From the NCBI RefSeq assembly GCF_009914755.1, contig NC_060927.1: a stretch of DNA of 64,000 nt. The stretch is one strand, 5' to 3'. A program made the translations under genes and the position numbers. Source of the DNA: the human T2T-CHM13v2.0 reference genome, Homo sapiens. Each line of letters opens with the position of its first letter. Position 1 is the stretch's first letter. Shown piece by piece: positions 54,079 through 64,000 of the stretch. The notes under the pieces were generated by a model. That model saw only the letters and a list, made by a program, of their open reading frames with translations, did not search any database and was not told where the DNA came from.

Positions 54079-56259
54079 GCGGATTAAAACAGGGGACCCA
54101 AGTACCAAAAGGGCAAGTGATGCGTTGGCTGACTAATAATGGATCCAGGGTCCCACAAAGTCCTGCCTTCTACTGCAGCTGATTTGAGTTAGTTCATCAA
54201 ATACTTCCCAAAGGAATGTGTGAGGATAGATGCTGAGAAGGGAGGGACAGCGTGTGGCTCTTCTCACTCTATAGAATACAATTTCACAAGACTGCTGTTT
54301 TCAGAGCTGGAGGTAAGATTTGTAAACCAAACAGAAAGAACACTATGAGCCATGTCACATCAACCTCACAGTGAGGAGCAGGGCATGTGAATTCCCACAA
54401 AGGAAGAACACTTTCACAGTTGCTTTTGAGGAAGGGCATCGGCAGGAGGACCACGAGCCATGTGTCACTAGGCAGGGGAGCCTGGCCCTTCTGCACTATC
54501 TTTTAGACATTATTTACTGATTAACCAAGAAAGCACCGAAAACCCATCCCTAAGTTAGGAATGTGCCATGGCACAAGCCATCACAAACCCAACATGTGGT
54601 GCTTACATCTCCAATGTGTCAAGAACCTGCCTAACACTGCTCCCCTAGGCCCTGGCCCTCCATAACTGGGAGCTCATGAGAGCAGGGGATATATCCCATA
54701 GCCTTGGACACCCAGTTCCTGGCACAGCAGGCTGTGGAAGCCTTCGGAACTTCCACTTGGCTCTCTTGGCGCATGTTCCTGGGGGTAGCCTGTCCACGGC
54801 CCTCTGTACCTCCTCCCACAAGGAGTGAGGAGGAAAACTTAGCCAGCTCCAAGCACTGATGAGTTAGCTCCTGCAGGAAGAAGGTGGGTACCTGGCAGCT
54901 ATCTCATGCCTGGTAGACCCCCTGGGCCCTTATCAGCCTAGCCCAGATCCTTGGGCTTTGCAGTGGAAGGCCCCATGCACTTGGCTTCTTTCTGACTTGC
55001 TTGCTTGAATTCAGGAATTCTCTCAAGAAATCTCAAGATTTCCCTGAAGGAGAGAGGAAAGCACTGCTTCTCTGTTTCTCTCTTCTTCAGTAAAACCCTT
55101 TTCAGGAGTACTAGCTTTGTATAAACTGCTAACAGCTATGGGGAAGGGCCATGGCAGAGAAGAGGTAGAGAAGAGAAGCCATTTTATTTTCACTTGTGGG
55201 GTCTTCAGCCCCAGGAAGGGCTGACTGTGTCTCAGAAGCACACGCAGAGGTGCAGTATCTCTTGGATACTGCACGTGATGAGGCCGTGCCAGAACAAGGG
55301 TGCAGTTTCATTCACTGCAGACACATCTCATGGCTAGCTTATCTTGGGTATGCACAGTGGGGTCCACCGGGGCAGCAGTGGTCATTGGTAGGTTCTTATA
55401 AATACAGAAACCAGGGATGACAACTGCAAAGTATAATCATTAAGTTCTAAATTTAACAAATTCATTAGTGATTTTAAAATATCTTTTTTTCTGTAGTAAA
55501 CTGACACACTCAACTAAAAAATTATGCTAAAGTTTTAAATAAAATTGTCAATTAGAAATGCATTGTGGTTGGGCCTACGCTCAGTAATATTTGAATAAAT
55601 AAATGATTGAAAAATAAAACATCTGTGCAAGGAAGGAGAATTTGTGAAGAAACGAATGAAATTAAACTGGCAGTATCACTGTTGCATTCATGTGGCTACA
55701 AATGCAGAGTCAAAGCACTCCATGAACATTTCATATGGCTTCAAGAGGAAGTTAACCATGGAGTCTCTCTTCTGGAAGAGCACCCTTAAAACTGAAAAAC
55801 ATTCCCACTCAAATGTCATTTTGCTGTTTTAAAATCACACAAAAAATAATTTACAAGTGTCTGAATGCTGGTTTTTGAGAAAGTGACTTAGATAATATTT
55901 TGCTAATGTTCATTTTCCAAGATGAAACTTTGTAAGCTGATTTTAAAAATATTATTAATAATTTAAAATACAGGTGGGAAATGAACAATCTTTTCGTCTT
56001 ATCGGATAATGGACAGCAGGGCAACATGGTGGGACTGAAGCTTACTGGGTTGGGGCAGGGCTTCTGAAAACATAATGCCTGGCAGGCTAAGTGCCTCTGG
56101 CTTCGGAGCCTGTATGTGTCCTCTGGCCTTCATTTTCTCACTGGTCAAATGAGCAGACAGGACTAGGCACATAAGGAAGCTGTAGGAAGATCCTTTCTAG
56201 CTAGGAAATTCTGTGGTTTTGTGTTAAAATAAATTATGTACAATGTTGACATCTGAGAG

Positions 56260-56465
56260 TAGGGGTCAGCAAACTATGGCCAAATCCAGCCTGTGGCCTG
56301 TTTTTGCATGGCCCCCAAGCTGAGAATGGTTTATATATTTTTAAAGGGTTGTGATAAAAACAAAAAGAAGATACAAAGAAAAAAAAAAGCAGTATGTGAC
56401 ACAGATGACCATATGTTGCCTGCAAATCCTGAAATACTTACGCTGTAGCCCTCTATGGACCCCTG
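56260..56465 (+). mobile_element. MER58-family MITE
   Basis: aggggtcagcaaactatggccaaatccagcc…aagctgagaatggttt…gacccctg. Confidence 0.8.
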
Positions 56466-56691
56466 CCACAGATGGCAGACATTAATGAGAAGTCCCTCCC
56501 TATGAAGGCAAGAAAGTAATTTTGGCAAAAAAGGTTCTAGCGAAGTGAAATCCACTCGAGACAGCATTAGGAAAGCCTAGACAGTACTTCCTAAAGCGGA
56601 AAAGAGGCATCAGCTGGAGGCAACTGACTGATAACTAAGACAGAGATCCAGCTTTCCCATCGCACAGAATGGGCATGGCAGGAGGCTCAGG

Positions 56692-56823
56692 CAGCACTGC
56701 TGCACACGGGTTTGTAGGGCACGCACCGCACGGCTCTAGGAGACACTTGTCTTACCAGTATCATTGTGAATGGCACCCCCTGCAGCACAGAGTGCACAGC
56801 CTGCACAGCTGTACACAGCACCT
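56692..56823. mobile_element. MER91A-like palindromic MITE (hAT-Tip100)
   Basis: tgtgaatggcaccccctg…gtgcacagcctgcacagctgtac matches the recalled MER91A arm. Confidence 0.65.
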
Positions 56824-56948
56824 CCGCAGTTGAACTTCATACATGGTAATTTGAAGTAACTTTGGTAGGGTGTATTCTTAACTTTGAGGAACTTATGTGA
56901 ATGTGCTCCCTTTGAGTTAATGTAACATGTTCCTCAGAGTTTCTGTAC

Positions 56949-57110
56949 CTGTTTAATGGCCCCTGACATTTGAACGCTCTGGCCTTGGCCTCGGCCCTGG
57001 CCCTGGCCGCTGGAGCAGTAGTGGTTGTCCGCAATGGTGATCTGTTCGTTCTCTTCGGCCTCTAGCTGGCTCTGGTTAAAACGCAGGGAACCTTTTAGAA
57101 TGTCTTTGAT
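56949..57110 (-). CDS. TBC1D5: TBC1D5 penultimate exon (162 nt, phase 0/0)
   Basis: Acceptor ttcttctttgaaaatag|ATC, donor CAG|gtacag. Encodes IKDILKGSLRFNQSQLEAEENEQITIADNHYCSSGQGQGRGQGQSVQMSGAIKQ, in frame with both neighbours. Confidence 0.95.
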
Positions 57111-57930
57111 CTATTTTCAAAGAAGAAGAAAATAAATGAAAAAAATGGATGAGTTTGTTTTCAGATGCTAGCTAAATCTCTCAGACATTTGAACTAGCCT
57201 TGTCATCAATCATTTTTTATAGTATGAATATTAATATTTTACTATAAGAAACAAATAATGAGAAAAAAATCTAATTTTATCACAGCTGCTGGCTTAGCAG
57301 TGAGCAAGAAAAACGTCAGGACATTTAATAGCCAGGTTCTCACAGGGTCACATATGGGAGTCACATACTTAACACTATCTTAAAACAGGAAGCACAATTT
57401 GCCTGTACACCCACCCCCACTGCACACCTTGGTCACTAAAGTGGCTCCACCTGAGCTGGACTGTTCACAGCATAGGTAGGCATTTGGAAACAGCATACTC
57501 TTTTTCACTGACATTTATGTCTCATTTAGATCTTCAAGGCTTGGGTCAATGTGGTCCTTGAGGGTCTGAGGCCTGCTGTAGGTACTAATTATGACTTGTG
57601 CCCCAAAAATATTCATGAATTCATGGATGAATGACTGAACATGATGCTGGTCTACCCACACTAGCTTTGGGTAAGGAACAAACAGAATGGGTTTGGTAAG
57701 AGGAAGGAGTGGTGTGGGAAATGGAAAACCAGCGTGGGTCGCAAGCTAGTCAGATATAATTGTTAGAAGCAGCGGGGGCACAAAGAGGTGGTGATGCAGA
57801 AGGGGCTCTGTCTGGGAGGAAATGAGGGTTAGGGGGATGCTGCCTCTAACATCATGGTGCTCCATGCCCTGGGGGGCCCTCCCCACGGCAGGCGGGACAC
57901 AAAGAAATAGTGTCAGAGCAATGCACATAC

Positions 57931-58010
57931 CTGTTTTAATCCTGCCAGGGAAACCAGAATTTGATCTTCTTTTTCCAAATTTTCTTGTAATATCACATCT
58001 TGAATATTTA
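57931..58010 (-). CDS. TBC1D5: TBC1D5 third-from-last exon (80 nt, phase 1/0)
   Basis: Acceptor cattcttctattttcag|TA, donor CAG|gtatgt. Encodes (V)NIQDVILQENLEKEDQILVSLAGLKQ. The upstream exon lies outside the window. Confidence 0.95.
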
Positions 58011-59059
58011 CTGAAAATAGAAGAATGACATTTTATAACCAATGCTCTGAGCATAACCTACCTGCTGCCACATCATAACTTCAGACGGGCTTGGGAAGTT
58101 TTCTGCCAAATCTCACAGCAACTACTCCCACAAAAGATGCTCTGCAAACTGCGGATGGGGAAGCTGCAGGGTTGAGTGGAGAGGGCAGCACTGGGCCTGG
58201 TACACACAGCCTCCCCTCCAACATTCCATGAATGTACTCTCATCATGACAGATGTGTCTTCACTTCCAACAAGAGATCTGGGTACCTCTTGCTGACATGA
58301 TGTGGCTGACAGCCTGGGCCATTCATCTAATCTCTAGGAGGAAGCTTTTCAGCCTGGGCTTCCTGTATAGCCTCATGGGTCAATGATGTTACCTTACCTC
58401 TCTCTAAAGACCGATTCCTTCCAGGTGACTGAAATTAATAAAGAAACTGTCTTTAAGGATTCATAACAGTAAAACATGTTGCCATTTCAACATAATAGTA
58501 AAAATGAGAGTCCAAACTCATGGCACTACAGATTGTCATTAGATGACAATGTCTATGGAGTCTCCTCTAGGAGACTTAGCCGCCACATGAGAAGTCTTTC
58601 CTCCAGGCCTGATCTGAGGGACCCACCAAGCCAGCTTCTGACCATCAGGCGCAGCATCACACTAAGTTGCTTGCCTGTTGGTATGTTAAACACTCAGTGG
58701 TCCTTAGCTTTCCCTGCTTTCATGTGCCTGCAGGATGCACACAGCTCTATCAGGAACTGTGGCGTTCTGAGGCAGGATTCTCGCAAGGGGCCGGGGTTGG
58801 GAGGAAAGCCTAGTCTCCCGGGGAAGTACAAGAGGATGTGCTGGTGGAGGAAGGGAGGAGGGCACAATTAAAACACATTTTAAAAAACATGCTGATAGAT
58901 ACACCGATTTGAGAATCACTACAGTGAGTATGTTCACCCTCCATTAACATCTGCTTTCTTATTCTTGGTGGCGTAAAAAAATGCCCACTTACAATGTCTT
59001 CCATGCTACATTCTTAGTCACTCACTTAAGACTGTTCCAGTTGCTACGGGACTCCTAGA

Positions 59060-59500
59060 TTCCATGCTTGGCCCCGTACAGCTACTAGGGCTAATATACC
59101 ACTCCTCACTTGCTCAATGCCCCGCATCGGCAGAGGCAGAACCAGTGCGCTGTGCCCTTGGCCTGGAGGCTCTTGCTCCAAATCTATGCACAGGCTTCTC
59201 TTTATTGTTCAACTTTCTGCTCCAGTGTTGTTTCCTCAGAGCAGCCTTCCTGCCCACCCAGACTAAAGAAGCCCCCAAATGACTCTCCAGTCTCTACCAT
59301 ACCATCATTTCACTGTATTTATAAGCACTTATCATTGTTTGATGCATGTATTTGCTGGTTTATTCACTGTCAATCTCCCCCTAACAGGATATAAACTCCA
59401 AGGTGTTCTTGCTCAGAGCTTTATTTCTAGCCCTCAGAATAATGCCCGGTGCATTACAGGTACACAATAAGTATTTACTGACTGATGGAATGAATTAATA
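59060..59500 (+). mobile_element. L2 fragment
   Basis: tcctcagagcagccttcctg…aataagtatttactgactgatggaatgaat. Confidence 0.7.
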
Positions 59501-59965
59501 AATGAACATGAAAAAACACACTTGGAGCTTGCATATCAAAACACTACTATTCTAAATATTTCCAAAAAGTATTTCCAGTAAGGGGCAGGGCAATGACTGA
59601 TACCATCAACATGTTTCCAGCCTGACAATTTATTAGAATCTTCAATAAGAATAAATTCATAAACCAGGGTGATAAGTCTTCTTACATACTGTAGCAGAAA
59701 AGCAACAGCGTTTATTTATTGAGAAAACTTGACTGTAGTTTTGGCTATTAGAATGGCCTGCTCCAAAACAAGAAAGCAAGTTGAATGGGAATGGAATGAC
59801 AGATATAATTAGAGAGCAAATGTTTTTCGTTTCCTTAAAAGCCTGTAACAATTTCTTCTCTCTCAATAAAAAAAACAAAAAACAAAATAGAATTCATTCA
59901 ACAAGACATTAACAGTAAGCAACTGCAGAAAATTCACAAGAACCAGTTCTGTAGGTCTTTTAGAG

Positions 59966-60301
59966 CAGCAGTCCCCAACCTTTTTGGTACCAGAGACTGG
60001 TTTCATGGAAGACAATTTTTCCACAAACGGTGGGGGAAATGGTTTCGCGATGAAACTGTTCTACCTCAGATTATCAGGCACTGGAGTCTCACACAAGGAG
60101 CGCACAACCTTGATCCCTCGCATGCACAGTTCACAATAGGGTTTGCGATCCTACCAGAATCCAATGCTGCCTCTGATCTGACAGGAGGTGGAGCTCAGGT
60201 GGTAACGCTGGCTCACGTGCCCCTCACCTCCTGCTGTGCAGCCCGGTTCCTAACAGGCCACGGGCCAGTACTGGTGCATGACCCAGGAGTGGGAACCCCT
60301 G
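59966..60301 (+). mobile_element. MER1B (hAT-Charlie), full length
   Basis: cagcagtccccaacctttttgg…gaacccctg with exact 8-bp TSD ttttagag. Confidence 0.93.
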
Positions 60302-61531
60302 TTTTAGAGGATTGAGAAAGATGACCTTGTTTACAAGACTGCTATGGCTTTTCAGGTTGAGCTGTGAGAGGCAGCATGGCACACAGCACCGGATGCTTGG
60401 ACAGGGAAATGGATTTTGCCTCTGCTGAGCTGAGAGGTGGGCTCAGGTTTCCCAGCTCCCACTGGGTAGGTGGGGGCAGCAAGGGAACTGCTCCCAGGCC
60501 CCCAAAGGAAGCTCAGCAAGTGGAGTCAGGAGCATCAGGACATTTGGAGGAAGAACAGGGGGCTTTTTGGGTTCAAGGAACTAAAGAAAGTCCCCCTGGA
60601 GGTCATATCCATAGGGCAGAGGCCAGCACAAAGGGGGAATCTGCAGAAACCGATGTAAGCTCTTTTGCTCTCCTAACTAGACCTTTGTCTCCTGCTTGCC
60701 TCTTTGATAGTCTGCTGTGGAACACATCCTAAAACGAAAAGATGTGGCCACATTGCCTGGCTTCTGCCCCCAAGGTAATGGCGGGGCCCATGGCCAGGAG
60801 GAACAAGGACCAACGGCCTTTAGGTCACAGTCTATGGGCACACAGGGCAGTCAGTGGCTCTAGTGGAAAATGAAACCCAGAAATGTACAGGAACACAAAG
60901 CTCTCTTTAGAGGCAAGGACCTAGAAGGCACTCAGAAACTCTTCCTCAAACACCAAAGAGAGATGTGAGCCCATCCCAGAACCCTGGCATCATCTTGGCA
61001 GGGAGAAGAGACAGAGTAGAGAAACTAAGTGTGGGCATTTGCTCAGAAAAAAATGGTTAGTCTATAAGAGACTGAATTGCCTTTAACTGGCAAGTTCAAG
61101 CCCTTTGATTATCATTGGTGGAGATGAAGTTTTAGAGCACAATTTCGGCACACGTGAGTTTAGGGACATAGACTTATCATCCCAATACAGTGTCTATACA
61201 AGATCTTCCCAAATCATTTTGGCCACATTGCCCGAAAAACCTGTGAACCAGGAAGTCCTAGTCATGCCCTGTTTTGCTGTGAGCCTCTCACAAATCCATC
61301 TGTTCAAGAGTGGAAGTGGTGGTGCTTGCAGGGGTAAGTTGAGAAGGAGTGGTGGTGAAGACAAAAGCTGTGACAGGGATCACAGTTTAAGGAGGCACCT
61401 AGAGCACGCCATGGAGCCACTGTCCCTGTTTAGACTGTCTACCTATGGGCTTCTTTCAGTTGTGAAAAAAAAAAGTAACCTCTTGATTTGTCTACTTTTT
61501 GGAGGGGGATGGAGTTTATGTTATTAGCAGC

Positions 61532-61980
61532 TGTATTCATTTTCTAGAGCTGCTGTAACAGAGTACTACAAACTGGGTGGCCTAAAACAACAGAAATGTA
61601 TTTTCTGTCAGTTCTGGAGGCTAAGTCTGAAATCAAGCTGTTGGCAGGGCTATGCTTCCTCCAAAGGTTCTAGAGAATTCCTCCTTGACTCTGCTTAGCT
61701 TCTGGTGGTTGTCAACAATCCTTGGCATTCCTTGGCTTGTAGATGCATCGCTCCAGTCTTCGCATCCATTATCACACGGCATTCTCCCTGTATGTCTGTT
61801 ATCGAAATTCCCCTCTTCTTATAAGGACACCAGCCACTAGATTAGGGTAAGCCCTAATCTAGTATGATCTTATCTTCACTGAACTACATCTATAAAGACC
61901 CCATTTCCAAATAAGGTCACGTTCACAGGTTCCAGGTGTCTCACCATAAGTTTGGATGAGACAATATTGGACCTAGTACA
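61532..61980 (-). mobile_element. MLT1C-type LTR nested in an older MLT1 3' end
   Basis: tgtattcattttctagagctgctgtaaca…ccccatttccaaataaggtcac…taca; exact TSD gcagc. Confidence 0.88.
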
Positions 61981-63099
61981 GCAGCCAGACTGCCTAATTG
62001 TTATACAGGATGAAAAGCATCCAGTTCCTTCAATAAAAGACAATGCGACCTACTAATCTTGTCCTGCATGCAGAATACAATGCTCTGGCCTGATGTGCAA
62101 CACAGCTACAGAAAGCAGTGCAGAGTGGGTGCACCCAAGAAGAGGGAAGAACTCAGAGCTGTAGTATCACCACCAGCATACCCTCATCTAGCAATTCTTT
62201 CGTCTTAATTTATGGACTGAGTCAAGGACCACCTTCTAGGATCTGATGAAAACCATGACTGCCTCCCCTGAAAACCCATGTACATATGAACTGTTCACTT
62301 AATTTCAGGGATAAACCTTTTTTTAATCAACTAAGCTGACTAGGCTCACTTTAAGAAATCTAGGGTAAATCCAAATTAAAACAAAAGGGCACCTTCAGAG
62401 GCTGTTAGATGTTTTGAGTACAAGAATATACATTTTACTAAGAGTACTGACCATGTAAATCATTTCCCTAACAGTTCCCCTATATAAGGTGGCATTTACA
62501 AACATTCTACTTACATATAACCTCCTAGTAACAAATCTACTGTTTTAAGTAAGTTACATCTGCATGTAAAAGTAGACAAACGTAATGATGTCTTTCCATG
62601 GCTTAAGATAAAATGTTTACATTTCCAACGTAATACACAATTCTCCTCATAGCCAAAGGCAGAATAAATTTTGCCATAAAGGCTCTTTCTCTTTGTTTCT
62701 GTGTAAAAGGAAGATTACACTCTTTATAATCTCCTCACATTTAAGTATTACATATTATAAATGTTGGAGCACTGAAACTAAAGGGGAAACTGTCACATAA
62801 CTAACCACTTCTGTGGAAATTACACACAAAAATCTCATTCACCTAACAATCCCATGGTGATGCCACTATTTTTAATGAAATGTAGTGCCACAAAAATAGA
62901 TCTCGAACTCTCAGGGTAATGAAAATGGTAAACAAACCACTTTTTCAATTTCTTAAAAACTTGATTTTTTTCAATGCTAGAATACAAGTGTTTTCAATTA
63001 AATGTTTTAAATGGCTGGTGCAAAAGGTAACATAAGCCTTATTTGGTGGTGGTGAGGGTGTTAGTGAGTAGAAAGGGGACAAAAGCAGAACATCTGGCT

Positions 63100-63790
63100 T
63101 TAACAGAGGTGGAACTGGGCAAGGCATTTAACCTTCTTATGCCTGAGGGGTAATAACAGCACCCTCCTCATAGGATGGCTGTGAAGAAACAGGGAGACAG
63201 CACAGATCAAGTGCTGAGCACCACACCTAAGCCCACTATGGAAGCTCCGCACCCAGTCGTTTCATTTGTACGTGCCATGTTACCTCAGTGACTATCTCAG
63301 CAACCCTTCTAGATGAGAACTGTCAACATATTACAGAAAAAGAAGCCAAGCCCAGAAATGCCAGGTCTGTTATTTGAGGTCTCATGACTTGAAGGTGGTG
63401 GAACTGGGATTAGATTTCAGATCTTTCAGACTCCTGAGCTTCATGATTATTTGTATGGCACTGATGAAGGCACCAGAGATATGCAGAGGCACAGGATGGG
63501 ATATTGGCACTGACTTGATTGCCTTGAGATGTACTGCCTTTTATTCCATGGTGGAACTGATCGAAGTGAGGTCAGCCAGAAACAGGCAGTTACCTATACG
63601 CACAACAGATTGTACAATCATTTCTATCAGAGAGCATTTTGGAGCACTGGCAATGGTACCAAAGGGCTTGGGTTTTGATGACCCTGAGATATGATCTTCT
63701 GTATGTCACTAAACCCATCAGTGAGATGGGGGTAATACCCATCTCAGAAGGTTGCTGAGAGGATTAGATGAGATAATCAAAGCTTTCTAT
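63100..63790. mobile_element. Cluster of MIR fragments (~63100-63230, 63270-63440, 63640-63790)
   Basis: ctcataggatggctgtgaag; ctcagcaaccct…; ggttgctgagaggattagatgagataa. Confidence 0.55.
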
Positions 63791-64000
63791 TTCTGCATAC
63801 TGTCTTGCAATTACTATTATTGCCTACTATGTTTCCTCCTCCCTTGGTACCTTAAATATTCAGATATCTGGATTCTGTTTTTTGAGGCTTTCTCATCTCT
63901 GATAGGAATTTAGATACCCTGATCTTTAACAATCTCATATAAGGGACTGTAGTAGACTCTAAAGAGGAACTATGCATGCTGTTATAAAATAGAGAGGTGG

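Noticed and set aside
57746-58054. 102-aa minus-strand ORF
   Set aside because: Alternative frame across the real 80-nt exon, running into intron on both sides.

Overview
Primate (very probably human) genomic DNA; no prokaryotic genes, rRNA/tRNA or CRISPR arrays are visible. The only protein-coding sequence I can support is the 3' end of TBC1D5 (Rab7 GAP, retromer- and ATG8-binding) on the minus strand. It comprises three exons (57931-58010, 56949-57110, terminal exon starting at 51440) that splice in frame with GT-AG boundaries to ...NIQDVILQENLEKEDQILVSLAGLKQ/IKDILKGSLRF...AIKQ/ASSETPG...DSGFTIVSPLDI*, followed by a ~3.8 kb 3'UTR with several poly(A) signals. From recall this is chr3p24.3, with PLCL2 off the left edge. 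Positions 1-47.3 kb are intergenic and dominated by transposons: a full-length THE1A MaLR with exact TSD, many solo LTRs, about ten Alus, L1/L2/MIR fragments, DNA-transposon MITEs and microsatellites. Nearly all ORF-track entries are repeat-derived or chance ORFs. I did not find a demonstrable new biological system. The best leads, all untested, are: a ~112-bp diverged duplicated element in the last TBC1D5 intron; a 31-nt candidate poison exon; a possible second VPS29-binding DPL motif in the TBC1D5 tail; orphan exon-like units in the intergenic DNA; and two Alu insertions at the homologous site of two MaLR LTRs. Repeat subfamily names come from recalled consensus sequences, and their boundaries are approximate.
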